Part shown: piece after piece, positions 18,761-28,258 of the stretch
How positions within the stretch are numbered: the first letter of the stretch is position 1
How the letters are laid out: each line of letters opens with the position of its first letter
Virus record (IMG/VR): IMGVR_UViG_3300017963_000253
Location: 11,134-75,133 of that record
Length of the DNA: 64,000 bases
Origin: a virus
Strand: one strand, 5' to 3'
Made by a program: the position numbers and the translations under genes
The notes under the pieces: generated by a model
Databases searched by the model: none
What the model was told of the DNA's origin: nothing
The model's input: the letters and a program-made list of their open reading frames with translations, nothing else

Positions 18761-20377
18761 ATGAAGACGCTCCCGATCACCGTAGACTCCCACCTGAGGC
18801 TGAAGACCCGGGACCTGAAGGCGGCGGGTCTCCGCCTCCGGGACCTCTTAGACGAGTTCGAGTACGACAACCCGGAGTACTGGAAGAAGAAGCGGATGGG
18901 CTTCTATACCGGGGACACCCCGCGGAAGCTCTCTCTTGTGGTCCGGAGGGGACCGGAGATCGCCCTCCCCCGCGGGGGCTGGGACCGCCTGAAGGACCTC
19001 CTTCCCCGGGACGTCTCCTTGGAGATCCGGGACGAGACGGTCTCCGGGACCTCCCTCGGGATGACCTACGCGGAGCCGGCGGACTGGACGCTGGACCCGG
19101 ACCAACTCTCCGCGGCAAGAGCGGCGCTCCGCCGGAGGCAGGGGTTCCTGATCGGCCCCTGCTCCAGCGGGAAGACGGAGATCCTCCTCAAGTTCGCCTC
19201 GGACGCGGGGGAGCGGACGCTGGTGATCGTTCACACGGAGCGGATCCTCAAGGACTGGGCGGCGAAGGTCTCCGAGCGCTTCTTCGTCCCGGCGAAGGAG
19301 GTAGGTCTCCTCTACGGGAAGGCGAAGCGGGAGCGGACCCTGACGATCGGGATGGTCCGAACCGTCTTGAACCTGATCGAGAAGGACCCGGATTTTGTCC
19401 GGCGCTGGGGGACCGTGATCCTGGACGAGGCCCACCACGCCAGCGCCGCCACGTTCTCGGAGCTGATCAACTCCTTCCCCGCGCGGTACCGGATCGCGGC
19501 GACCGCGACCCCGAAGCGGAAGGACGGGAAGGAGGTCCTCACATTCGACGCGTTCGGATCCGTCTACGCGCGGAAGCAGCGGGGGACGGGCCGGAAGGTG
19601 GCCCCGAGGGTCCTCTTCGAGATCACGGACGCAGATCTGGACCGCTACGGGCGGATAATCCCGGTGGACGTGGTGGTGGTCCCCACGGAGTTCGACTTCG
19701 ACCTGAACCACGCCCGGAGGATGGAGGCGGACGGGTGGGAGCAGCGGGCGAAGGGGAGCCAGATCCAGGCGGCGAAGGACTGGGCCAAGTCCCGGAAGTG
19801 GGAGGGACCTCTGAACACCTACGCGGACATGCTGGACGAGATGAGCCGGGACGCCCACCGGCAGGCGCGGATCCTGGAGTACCTCCTCCCGGAGGTCAGG
19901 GACGGGCAGACCTGCGTCCTTCTCGCGGACCGGCGGGAGTTCTGCCTGGACACCCAGGCGTGGCTGAAGCGCCGGAAGATCCCCTGCGGACGCCTGATGG
20001 GAGGGCGGAACTCGAAGGAGCAGGACCGGACCGCGAAGGGGCTCTCCGACGGGTCCCTCCTCTGCGCGGTGGGGACGACGGTGGCGGACGAGGGGATGGA
20101 CATCGGGAGACTCTCCCGCGGCTTCGGTTGCACCCCCGCCGCCAAGAACCCGGGGAGGCTGACCCAACAGCTGGGGCGCTTCAAGCGCAAGTTCCCGGGG
20201 AAGACGGACGCGGTCTACTTCTACTTCTGGGACCGGAGCGTCCCGGACCTCCGGGGGCACGCCCGGGCTGTCTTCAACGCGGTGAAGGCCCCCCACCGGG
20301 TCTGGTTCTCGGAGCGACCGGGGGAGCGGGTCCCGATGACGCGGGAACTCCTTAGGAGGTTGGAAGATGAGCGATAG
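18761..20377 (+). CDS. superfamily 2 helicase (ResIII/UvsW-like)
   Basis: GPCSSGKT, ILDEAHH, TATPKRKDG, EGMDI, QQLGRFKR; start placed at the ATG downstream of the terminator. Confidence 0.9.
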   Translation: MKTLPITVDSHLRLKTRDLKAAGLRLRDLLDEFEYDNPEYWKKKRMGFYTGDTPRKLSLVVRRGPEIALPRGGWDRLKDLLPRDVSLEIRDETVSGTSLGMTYAEPADWTLDPDQLSAARAALRRRQGFLIGPCSSGKTEILLKFASDAGERTLVIVHTERILKDWAAKVSERFFVPAKEVGLLYGKAKRERTLTIGMVRTVLNLIEKDPDFVRRWGTVILDEAHHASAATFSELINSFPARYRIAATATPKRKDGKEVLTFDAFGSVYARKQRGTGRKVAPRVLFEITDADLDRYGRIIPVDVVVVPTEFDFDLNHARRMEADGWEQRAKGSQIQAAKDWAKSRKWEGPLNTYADMLDEMSRDAHRQARILEYLLPEVRDGQTCVLLADRREFCLDTQAWLKRRKIPCGRLMGGRNSKEQDRTAKGLSDGSLLCAVGTTVADEGMDIGRLSRGFGCTPAAKNPGRLTQQLGRFKRKFPGKTDAVYFYFWDRSVPDLRGHARAVFNAVKAPHRVWFSERPGERVPMTRELLRRLEDER

Positions 20378-20645
20378 CAGACTGATCAACGCCCTGAACT
20401 ACGAGCTGAAGCTCCCGGGGGAGAACCGGGTCGTAGACCACCTCTCCGCCCTGAAGCTCCGCGCCGCCGCCTTCTCCGCGGCGGTCCAGCTGCGGTTTGA
20501 CAAAATCACCACCGCCGTGACGCTCCTGGACTTCGCGGTCCTCCTCCTCTCCCTGAACGAACCCCGGTACGGACCGGAGCGGGTGGTGGAGGCGTTCCAG
20601 GAGAGTGTTCAACGTCACTACAACTTGAAGGGAGTCGGAAGATGA
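20367..20645 (+). CDS. hypothetical protein
   Basis: AGGAGG RBS; overlapping arrangement. Confidence 0.65.
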   Translation: MSDSRLINALNYELKLPGENRVVDHLSALKLRAAAFSAAVQLRFDKITTAVTLLDFAVLLLSLNEPRYGPERVVEAFQESVQRHYNLKGVGR

Positions 20646-20974
20646 GAACCGAGACAATGGGAACGGACGCGGCGAAGCTGGACAACTTCGCGGAGCTGAA
20701 GAGCGGGAACGTAGCGGGGGTCGGTACGTTGGGAAGGGACCTCGTAGTCTTCTTCCACGCCGGGAGCGCCTACCTATACCCGGAGGCGGCGGATCACTTC
20801 CCTCTACTGAAGCAGGCGGTCTCCCCCGGGGGGTACTTCTCCTCCAACGTTCGGAAGCTTAAGTACCGTAAGATCTGCGCCTTCTCCTCTTGCCTCGAAG
20901 CGGTGACCCCGCCGGATATCTACTGCCGGGGCTGTGAGAGGAGTATCTCCGAGGAGGGAGGGGAGGATGAGTAA
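20642..20974 (+). CDS. KTSC domain protein with C-terminal Cys cluster
   Basis: SGNVAGVG...LVVFFHAGSAYLY...AVSPGGYFSSNVR. Confidence 0.7.
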   Translation: MRTETMGTDAAKLDNFAELKSGNVAGVGTLGRDLVVFFHAGSAYLYPEAADHFPLLKQAVSPGGYFSSNVRKLKYRKICAFSSCLEAVTPPDIYCRGCERSISEEGGEDE

Positions 20975-21200
20975 ACCGGACTTGAAGGTTCACTTCTCCC
21001 TAGGTGAGGTAGTTACCACGCTCCTGGAACTGGCGGATGATCAGGGGAGGATCCCGGAGGAATTTGAAGATAGATACCAAAAGCTAAGAGACGGTGGGAC
21101 CGCGGACGGGGCTTGCGTCACCCTGGAGCAAGTTGCGGAAGACTGCCTCGCCCTGGGAATTACCTTCAAGGAGAAGAAGCGTCCCTCCCCCACCTTCTAG
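20967..21200 (+). CDS. hypothetical protein
   Basis: RBS plus ATG at 20967. Confidence 0.6.
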   Translation: MSKPDLKVHFSLGEVVTTLLELADDQGRIPEEFEDRYQKLRDGGTADGACVTLEQVAEDCLALGITFKEKKRPSPTF

Positions 21201-21227
21201 AAAACATCCAAGGCGGACCTTTCCCTA

Positions 21228-21243
21228 CATCTGGGGTAAAACC
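21228..21243 (+). promoter_or_regulatory. variant of the phage promoter motif
   Basis: CATCTGGGGTAAAACC in the intergenic gap upstream of the replication operon. Confidence 0.4.
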
Positions 21244-21299
21244 CCCCGGTAGCGAAAATTAGCCCGGAAGCACCAAACCCCCACCAAGGAGACCGGAAC

Positions 21300-21659
21300 A
21301 TGTTTCCCATCTTCGAACTTCCCCTGGCGGTCGCCTGCTCGCGCCGCCTCCTCCCAATATCCAAACTCGTCTACGCCTCCCTCCACTCCTGGCAGTACCA
21401 CCGGGAACCCGCGGACTTCGAGGAGATGGCGGACCGCGTGGCTATCTCGAAGCGGGAGTTCATCCAGACCCTGGAGTACCTGGAGGAGGAGGGTCTCCTG
21501 GAGTACACGACGGAGCCGGAGTGGTACAGTCTGATAGATCCCCCCTGGTTAGAGGAGGAGGCCGCGAGGCACAAGTGCCCGGAGTGGTTGACCGTACTGG
21601 ATCCGGACGGAGACCTCCTCCCGGACGAGGAGGAGGAAGGGAAGGAGGCCGCGCTATGA
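21300..21659 (+). CDS. winged-helix protein (paralogue of the initiator N-terminus)
   Basis: SKLVYASL...EEMADRVAISKREFIQTLEYLEEEGLL. Confidence 0.75.
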   Translation: MFPIFELPLAVACSRRLLPISKLVYASLHSWQYHREPADFEEMADRVAISKREFIQTLEYLEEEGLLEYTTEPEWYSLIDPPWLEEEAARHKCPEWLTVLDPDGDLLPDEEEEGKEAAL

Positions 21660-22891
21660 ACGCCAACTGCTACCTCTTCCTGAAGACCCCGCTCCCAATC
21701 CAGGCAACTAAGAAGATCTCCCGCGTCGAGAAGGACGTTTGGAGTGCCGTCTTCACCCTCCGGGAGATCAACAAGCGGAGGACCCCCACCGTAAAGAGAA
21801 TAGCCGCGGTGGCAACTAACGGGGACCGGCGAAACGCGAAGCGGGCGCTCCTCAAGCTGGAGTCGCTTGGTCTCATCTCCGCCCGAAAGAAGAGAACCCC
21901 GGGCGGCTACGCCATGGACTACCGCAGCGAGTGGCCGGACTGGATCGAAGAGGAGGGACGGCGCTTCCTCCTGAAGGAGAAGAACCGATCTGCGGACGTG
22001 GAGGGGGAGGAGTACTTCGACGATAAGTACCCCGAGGATGTCCCAATTTCACCCGAAAATGAGGGAGAGGGGGTGCGTCATAGTGACGCAGGGGGGGTGG
22101 GTCAAGGTGACGCAGGGGGGGTGGGTCAAGAGACCCCCCCCTTTAAGACTATAGAGACTAAGGAAGAGATCTTAAAGCAAACGGGTGTCCCGTTTGCCGA
22201 CGAAGAAGAAACCTGGGACGACCCGCCGGAGGACGATGAGGAAGAGGATCTGAACCCGGACGGGGACTCCAGGACCGGGAAAGAGCGCCTCGCAGCGGAG
22301 AGGGACCGCCGGAAGAAGGGGAGGAAGAAGAAGGTTCGGAAGGCCTCCGGGTCAGACCTCGCGGAGACTCCCTCGGAGCGGTGGGAGTTCCAGGTCCACC
22401 GCGGTAAACCCGTTCGTACTTGGGGCGGGATAGACATCATCGGATACTGGGTAAGTAGGTTTCGGGAGGTTTGGCGGAAGGAGGACCCAATGTTCTTTGT
22501 CTCCGGTGTGGACGCGGTCTACGTTCGGAGGTGCGCCAGGAACTCGAAGCTGTTCGTCAAGAATCACCTCGGGGGGGACAACCGGAGGGCGAAGGAGGCC
22601 ATAGACGGGATCCTGGAACACGCCAATGAGCGGGGTAGGCCGGTCTCCCTGGCTTACTACTTCACTCCGAAGAGTGACTCCGCGCTCCGGGAGGTCCTCG
22701 GGGAGCGCGGGTTGAGTAGACCCCCGCGGGAGAAGACGCTCCGGGAGATGAACAACGAGAGCGGGAGCAAGGATCTGGACTACTGGCGGGAGGAGTCGGA
22801 GCGCTGCAGAAGGAAGCGGATGGCGAAGCGTAAGAGAGAAGAGGCGAAGAAGAGGGCCGCGGGGGAGAAGAGGGCCGCGAATGGGAACTGA
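21656..22891 (+). CDS. replication initiator (lambda O-like organisation)
   Basis: N-terminal wHTH, internal iterons, upstream of DnaC/DnaB. Confidence 0.75.
   Translation: MNANCYLFLKTPLPIQATKKISRVEKDVWSAVFTLREINKRRTPTVKRIAAVATNGDRRNAKRALLKLESLGLISARKKRTPGGYAMDYRSEWPDWIEEEGRRFLLKEKNRSADVEGEEYFDDKYPEDVPISPENEGEGVRHSDAGGVGQGDAGGVGQETPPFKTIETKEEILKQTGVPFADEEETWDDPPEDDEEEDLNPDGDSRTGKERLAAERDRRKKGRKKKVRKASGSDLAETPSERWEFQVHRGKPVRTWGGIDIIGYWVSRFREVWRKEDPMFFVSGVDAVYVRRCARNSKLFVKNHLGGDNRRAKEAIDGILEHANERGRPVSLAYYFTPKSDSALREVLGERGLSRPPREKTLREMNNESGSKDLDYWREESERCRRKRMAKRKREEAKKRAAGEKRAANGN
22068..22141. repeat. 24-bp iterons / putative replication origin
   Basis: GTGACGCAGGGGGGGTGGGTCAAG twice plus a degenerate copy; internal dyad TGCGTCA-tag-TGACGCA. 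Confidence 0.75.
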
Positions 22892-23507
22892 GCGCAATCT
22901 GATCCGGGAGTTGAAGCTCCGCTGCGGGGTTCCTCGCGCCTTCGCGGAGTTGGAACTCTCTGAGATGGACTCCGGTGGGGACGAGAAGTACCGGGAGGAC
23001 CTCCAGGAGTTCCAGAGGATAGCCCGGGAGCGGTTGGACACCGGGAAGTTCCTGGATGATCCCCTCTCCCTTTACGTCTCCGGCCCGTTCGGGACCGGGA
23101 AGACCCGGATCCTAACCGGGCTCCTGAAGCGCGCCTACCAGCACCTCGTTTCCCGTCGCCCGGGACTGATCGCGCCGCGGACCTCCCCGCTCTTCGTCCG
23201 CGCCGCGGACCTCGTTGAACTCCGGTTTCGGAGGTTCGAGGAGGAGGAGGAGATGGAACTTCTCCGGGAGCGGGTGAAGAGTTCCGTCTTCCTGGCGATA
23301 GACGACGTGGGGCGGCTTAACGACTTCCGCGGGGAGATGAACTACCTGGAGCGGGTCGTGGAGGACCGGGTGGAGGAGGGTCTCTCCGTCCTGATCTCCT
23401 CCAACCTCGGGGGGCCGGAGCTGAAGAAGAGCGCTCCTCGCTTCCTGGACTTTCTCTCCTTCTTCGACGTCTACTCGCTGACTTGCGCGTCCTGGAGGGG
23501 TAGATGA
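22881..23507 (+). CDS. DnaC/IstB-like helicase loader ATPase
   Basis: GPFGTGKT, LAIDDVG, LISSN. Confidence 0.88.
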   Translation: MGTERNLIRELKLRCGVPRAFAELELSEMDSGGDEKYREDLQEFQRIARERLDTGKFLDDPLSLYVSGPFGTGKTRILTGLLKRAYQHLVSRRPGLIAPRTSPLFVRAADLVELRFRRFEEEEEMELLRERVKSSVFLAIDDVGRLNDFRGEMNYLERVVEDRVEEGLSVLISSNLGGPELKKSAPRFLDFLSFFDVYSLTCASWRGR

Positions 23508-24808
23508 GCCTGACCCTGGACGTCAACGTCGAGAACGAGCAGGTCGTAATTGGGGCGCTGATTAACGACCCGGAGGCGTTCCGGGACGTCCTTCCGCGCC
23601 TGGACCCCGCCCTCTTCGCGGAGGAGAAGCACCGGGCGCTTGTCTCCGCCCTCCGGGAACTCCGGAAGCGTGGGGCGGGTTACGCGGCGGACACCGTGGT
23701 GGAACTGACCGGGGAGGAGGTGAAGTTCAAGTACCTCCGGGACCTGGAAGAGAACTTCGGGGCGCTCCCGAAGGAGAACCTGAAGGTCCACCTGGAGGTC
23801 CTCCGCTCCAGCTCCGCGAAGTACGCCGCCTCTGAAGCCTTCTTCGAACTCTATGGCGCGTTGGATGACGCCCACGCCCCGGCGGCGGAGGCGGAGGCCG
23901 CGGCGCTCTCCGTCCTCCGGAACCTTCGGGAGCGTACCTCCGGAGGAACGCGCCTTCGCGGGGGGAATAAGCTCTTCTCCGACTGGTACGGGAACCTTGC
24001 GGACCTAGCCGCGAAGAAGACCCAGAACTTCGTGGGGACTCAGTTCTCGGCGCTGGACGCCCACCTCTATGAGGGACTCCGTCCCTCCAAGGTGGTGGTC
24101 ATAGCGGCGCGCCCCGGGATGGGGAAGTCCACCCTGTGCTCCAACCTGACCCTACGCCTGGAGCGGGTCGGTCTTAACGTCCTCTCCGTGCCGGTGGAGG
24201 CGGGGACGGAGAGCGTGGTTGAGCAGATGGCGTGCTGTAAGGCCAAGGTCTCCGCGGAGAAGGTGATCAAGACCCCGGACGAGCTGACGCCCGGGGAGTT
24301 GATGTCCCTCCAGCGCGCGGGGCGGAAGATCCTGAGCAGCGAGCGGATCCAGTTCGACGACGAGATGGCGAGTCTGGACGACCTGGAGATGGCGGTGGAG
24401 GGGCGGGACTTCGACGTCGTGATCCTGGACCTCTTTGAGTACCTCCTCCAGGGGGAGCTAGACTCCGCCTTCGTCACGGAGCAGCTCCGGAGGCTGAAGC
24501 GGCTCGCGAAGCGGCGGAACTTCTGTGCGGTGGTAGTCCAGCAGATCCGGAGGATTAAGCGGAAGAAGAACCCCCGCCCTCTCCTTGCGGAGCTGAAGAA
24601 CTCCGGCGGCTACGAGGAGGTGGCGGACCTGGTGATCCTCCTCCACCGCGCCGCCTACTACAACCCGGAGACGTGTGAGGAGGACGTCCTGGAGATGAAG
24701 ATCGCCAAGCAGCGGCGGGGACCCCAGAACGTGACGGTGGGGTTCAAGTTCCACCCGGATATCTGCCGGGTCGGGGCGCACACGAAGGACTACGATGGGT
24801 CGAGCTAG
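23504..24808 (+). CDS. dnaB: replicative DNA helicase
   Basis: EQVVIGAL, AARPGMGKS, PLLAELKNSGGYEEVADLV, IAKQRRGP. Confidence 0.93.
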   Translation: MSLTLDVNVENEQVVIGALINDPEAFRDVLPRLDPALFAEEKHRALVSALRELRKRGAGYAADTVVELTGEEVKFKYLRDLEENFGALPKENLKVHLEVLRSSSAKYAASEAFFELYGALDDAHAPAAEAEAAALSVLRNLRERTSGGTRLRGGNKLFSDWYGNLADLAAKKTQNFVGTQFSALDAHLYEGLRPSKVVVIAARPGMGKSTLCSNLTLRLERVGLNVLSVPVEAGTESVVEQMACCKAKVSAEKVIKTPDELTPGELMSLQRAGRKILSSERIQFDDEMASLDDLEMAVEGRDFDVVILDLFEYLLQGELDSAFVTEQLRRLKRLAKRRNFCAVVVQQIRRIKRKKNPRPLLAELKNSGGYEEVADLVILLHRAAYYNPETCEEDVLEMKIAKQRRGPQNVTVGFKFHPDICRVGAHTKDYDGSS

Positions 24809-25949
24809 GGACCTGGAGCGGACCCAGCGGCTACTCCGACGCCTGGACCTGGAGGAGGTCCTAGAGGAGGGCCTCGGGATCGACGTCCTCTGGAGGAGCG
24901 GGGCGGACGCTTACGCGGAGTGTCCGGACCCGGAGCACGTGGACGAGAATCCGTCTTTCCACGTCTGCGTGGAGGACGTCGAGGACTCTTCCGGGCGCTC
25001 GATGCTGGGGTGGTTTAACTGCTGGAGTCACCCGGATCCGGACGGGATGCGGGGCTTCAACTTCCTAGACCTCGTTGCCAAGGTCCGGAACGACCTCTGG
25101 GGGGAGCGGGAGGACGGGCGGTTGAACTGGCCGAACGACGCGCAGCGGGCGGAGGCCGCGGCCTGGCTCCGGGAGGAGTTCCTGACCGGGGAGGAGCGGG
25201 AATCTCGGGCGGAGCTGGCGATGCGCCGCCGTCGGAGGGTCTCCGCGCCGGAGTGGCGGGAGCTGCTCTTCCCCCCGAACGTCCCTATTGATCGGGCGGA
25301 GCCACGCTTCCGGGAGTACTTGGAACGCCGGGAGATCCCGCTTCAGCGCGCCCGGGAGTTGGACGTCCGGGTCGTCTACCACGCCGGGGAGGCGCTGAAG
25401 GGAGCTATCTCCGGGACGGTCCCGGGGGTCCTCTTCCCCATCCCCTGGGAGGGGCGGGTCGTGAACTGGTTCCTCCGCGGGGTGAACAAGCGGCTGAAGT
25501 CCCGGGACAAGGGGCGGTACTGCCCGGGCCTCCCCCTCGGGAAGGGAGCCGGGGTCCTCTGGGCTCCGGACGGGCTCCCGCCGGACCGGCCGGTGGTCCT
25601 CGTGGAGGGTATCTTCGACGCGGAGCGGGTCCGGGCGTTACTCCGACGGGAGGGTCTGGAGCGCTCCGTCGCCGCCGTCCTCGGGGGGCGGCTCTACCCG
25701 GCCCAGGCGCAGCGCCTCCGGACGGTCCCGTACCTCATCCACTTAGCGGACGGGGACGACGGGGGGTTAACCTTGGGTAAGACTGTGGATGAACAGGTGG
25801 GGAGCTTCACCCGGGCGGAAGTTCGGCAGCTCCCGGAGGGTACGGACCCCGGGGACGCGCCTGAGGACGTCCTCCTGAGGTACCTGGAGCCCCCGCGGAG
25901 CCGACTCGAGTGCAGAGTTCGGTTCCGGCGGACCCGGAGGTTGAGATGA
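24795..25949 (+). CDS. DNA primase (zinc-binding domain + TOPRIM)
   Basis: CPDPEH..ENPSF, FNCWS, VLVEGIFDA, DGDDGG, DPGD. Confidence 0.88.
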   Translation: MGRARDLERTQRLLRRLDLEEVLEEGLGIDVLWRSGADAYAECPDPEHVDENPSFHVCVEDVEDSSGRSMLGWFNCWSHPDPDGMRGFNFLDLVAKVRNDLWGEREDGRLNWPNDAQRAEAAAWLREEFLTGEERESRAELAMRRRRRVSAPEWRELLFPPNVPIDRAEPRFREYLERREIPLQRARELDVRVVYHAGEALKGAISGTVPGVLFPIPWEGRVVNWFLRGVNKRLKSRDKGRYCPGLPLGKGAGVLWAPDGLPPDRPVVLVEGIFDAERVRALLRREGLERSVAAVLGGRLYPAQAQRLRTVPYLIHLADGDDGGLTLGKTVDEQVGSFTRAEVRQLPEGTDPGDAPEDVLLRYLEPPRSRLECRVRFRRTRRLR

Positions 25950-26200
25950 GAGAGGAACTGGAAGAACTGAAGCGGGAACCGGAGGAGGAGGACACCGCGC
26001 AGCGGAGACCGCGGCGGACGTTCGTCACCCTCCCGGAGGTGGCGGAGGCGAAGGGGATCTCCCGGGTCGCCGTCCTCTACGCGATCCGGAGCGGGAAGCT
26101 CCCGGCCACCCGGATCGAGGGGCGGCGGGAGTGGATGATCCACGTCGAGGACGCGCGGAAGTACCTCTCCCTCCCCGTCCGCTCCCGCGCCGCGGTCTAA
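25946..26200 (+). CDS. excisionase-like HTH (HTH_17) protein
   Basis: TLPEVAEAKGISRVAVLYAIRSGKLPATR...WMI. Confidence 0.8.
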   Translation: MREELEELKREPEEEDTAQRRPRRTFVTLPEVAEAKGISRVAVLYAIRSGKLPATRIEGRREWMIHVEDARKYLSLPVRSRAAV

Positions 26201-26202
26201 TC

Positions 26203-26814
26203 GTGGGCCTCTGGGAGTTCGTCAAGCGGCACCGTTGGACGTTCGTCGCCGCCGGGGGCGTCCTCCTCCTGGCGCTCTCGGGTGTGATCTACGCGCTCGC
26301 GGTTCGACCGGGGGACCTCGGGTTTTTGGAGCGGGACGGCGCGGAGCTGAGGTGGGACCGGGCGGACGTTCCGGTCCCCTGCTTCTACGCACCGGAGGTT
26401 CCGGAGGAGTTCCTTCAGGTCTACGATCGGGTCCGGGAGGAGACCACCCTCCCGGGGGGCGCGCTCCTCTCCCCCTGTATGCCCTGGAGGCTCGAGACGC
26501 GCCCGGAGAGCCCGCGGACGGGCTTCCTCTACCTCCGGACCCTCCCTCCTTCTTCGTGGCCCTACGGGGCGTCTGAGGGCGTCACGGAGCACGCCTACGA
26601 TAAGAGGACCGGGCAGATCCTGGGGGCTACGGTCTCCGTCCGCGCGGACCTCGTCACGGACTTCCGCCTCCCCGTCCTCAGGCACGAGCTGGGGCATTCG
26701 TTAGGGCTAGCTCACGACCGGGAGCGGTCCTCTGTGATGCACGAGAATGTCTCCTGGAGGGGTGGGTTTGGGGATCGGGATCTCGAGGCGCTCCGGAAAG
26801 CCTACCTAGAGTAA
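26203..26814 (+). CDS. membrane-anchored matrixin-like (M10) zinc metalloprotease
   Basis: N-terminal TM; HELGHSLGLAH; Met-turn SSVM. Confidence 0.85.
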   Translation: MGLWEFVKRHRWTFVAAGGVLLLALSGVIYALAVRPGDLGFLERDGAELRWDRADVPVPCFYAPEVPEEFLQVYDRVREETTLPGGALLSPCMPWRLETRPESPRTGFLYLRTLPPSSWPYGASEGVTEHAYDKRTGQILGATVSVRADLVTDFRLPVLRHELGHSLGLAHDRERSSVMHENVSWRGGFGDRDLEALRKAYLE

Positions 26815-26899
26815 CTTTCTTTTAAGTAATTCCAAGAACTTAAAGCTAATAATTTATTTTATATCTGGATATTTTCTTACTATATATTAAGATATTAAT
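26815..26899. promoter_or_regulatory. very AT-rich intergenic region (strong promoter and/or recombinase site)
   Basis: Nearly pure A/T in a GC-rich genome; inverted repeat TTTAAGT-N10-ACTTAAA at 26821-26844. Confidence 0.55.
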
Positions 26900-27145
26900 A
26901 TGAGCCAAGGAGATAAAAAGATGGATACCCTGCTTTTGAAGGTTAAGCTCTCTACCCTGATTTCTAACTACGGGACCGCCTCTTCTTGGACCTCCCTTAA
27001 GGGCGGTAGGCTAGACCGGATGGTCTCCGCCGTAGTTAAGAACTCTTCCGCCGCGGAGGAGCTTATCTCTCTGGACGTTAATGATAATCTCTCCGCTTGT
27101 TCCTGGTTAGACCGTTACGCCGGTATCCTCCGGAGGGTAGCTTAG
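26900..27145 (+). CDS. hypothetical protein
   Basis: ORF after the AT-rich region; AAGGAG precedes an alternative ATG at 26921. Confidence 0.6.
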   Translation: MSQGDKKMDTLLLKVKLSTLISNYGTASSWTSLKGGRLDRMVSAVVKNSSAAEELISLDVNDNLSACSWLDRYAGILRRVA

Positions 27146-27170
27146 TTATAGCTCTAGAAAGGGATTAGAA

Positions 27171-27482
27171 ATGGATATCGAAAAGGCGTTGACCCCTTCT
27201 GAGACCTGGGACCTGTTGAAGGCCGGGAAGCTCTACATGGACTTCGAGGGCGACGTTCCCCTCCACGTTTGGAGCGTGGAGAACGACCGCTTCTTCCGTT
27301 ACCCCGGGGAGCGGGTCTACGTCGAGAGCGAGGACGGGTGGAAGACCCTTTGGGTCAGGCAAAAGGTGAGGTCGATCTGCAGAGGTGCCAGCGGAGACGG
27401 GGTTGTCTTGAACTTCAAAAACCACAACGGAGCCTCCGGGTGGTACCCGTGGCAGAACGTGCGGCTCGAGGTGGGAAAGTGA
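27171..27482 (+). CDS. hypothetical protein
   Basis: ORF coupled to the recombinase gene by a GTGA overlap. Confidence 0.65.
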   Translation: MDIEKALTPSETWDLLKAGKLYMDFEGDVPLHVWSVENDRFFRYPGERVYVESEDGWKTLWVRQKVRSICRGASGDGVVLNFKNHNGASGWYPWQNVRLEVGK

Positions 27483-28186
27483 AGTATATCGGGTATATAC
27501 GCGTATCGACGCTAGACCAAGCCCGGACGGGCGTCTCCCTCGCGGACCAGGAGGAGAAGATCCGTCAGTACGTGGCGCTCGCGGACGGGGAACTCGTGGA
27601 CGTTATCCAGGACGGGGGGCGGAGCGGGAAGGACCTCGACCGGGAAGGGGTCCAGGAGGCGTTCTCCCGGGTCCTGAACGGGGAGGCGGACGTCCTAGTG
27701 GTCTACGCCATCGACCGCCTCTCTCGTTCCGCTCTGGACCTCCTGCAGCTGGTCTCGAAGCTTAGGGACGGGAAGCGGGGGTTCGCTTCCGTCCGGGAGC
27801 AGATGGACTCAACTACGCCCCACGGACGGTTCACGATGACGATCCTCGCGGCGGTCGCGGAGATGGAGCGGGAGATGATTCGCTCCCGCTGCCGCGACGC
27901 CTCCGCGCGCTGCGTTCGGGACGGGCGGGTCTGGGGGAAGGTCCCCTTCGGCTACCAGAGGGACCGGGGTGGGAAGCGCCTGATCGAGGACCCCGTCGAG
28001 ATGGAGGTCCTCCGCGGGATCCTGTCTCTCCGGGACGCGGGGTACAGCTACGCGAAGATCGCCGCCCACCTGAACCGTCGCGGTCGGGGACCGAAGATCG
28101 GCGCGCGCTGGTACCCCTCCTCCGTTCGCTCCGTCGTACTGACCCACCAAAAGTACCGCGAGGTTCGTAGCTTACGAGAGGGTTGA
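27479..28186 (+). CDS. serine recombinase (resolvase + recombinase domain)
   Basis: GYIRVST, DGGRSGK, VYAIDRLSR, AEMEREMI, VPFGY. Confidence 0.93.
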   Translation: MKYIGYIRVSTLDQARTGVSLADQEEKIRQYVALADGELVDVIQDGGRSGKDLDREGVQEAFSRVLNGEADVLVVYAIDRLSRSALDLLQLVSKLRDGKRGFASVREQMDSTTPHGRFTMTILAAVAEMEREMIRSRCRDASARCVRDGRVWGKVPFGYQRDRGGKRLIEDPVEMEVLRGILSLRDAGYSYAKIAAHLNRRGRGPKIGARWYPSSVRSVVLTHQKYREVRSLREG

Positions 28187-28195
28187 GATTTACCC

Positions 28196-28224
28196 TTTAC
28201 AGGAGTTAAAAAAGGAGATTTAAT
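28196..28224 (+). promoter_or_regulatory. sigma70-like promoter for the phage sigma gene
   Basis: TTTACA-17 bp-TTTAAT. Confidence 0.6.
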
Positions 28225-28258
28225 CGCCGGTCTGACCAACCGAGGAGGTCTCACCAAA

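Noticed and set aside
27479-28186. IS607 transposase or tail-fibre invertase
   Set aside because: No N-terminal HTH or TnpB partner; no invertible fibre cassette or inverted gene nearby.
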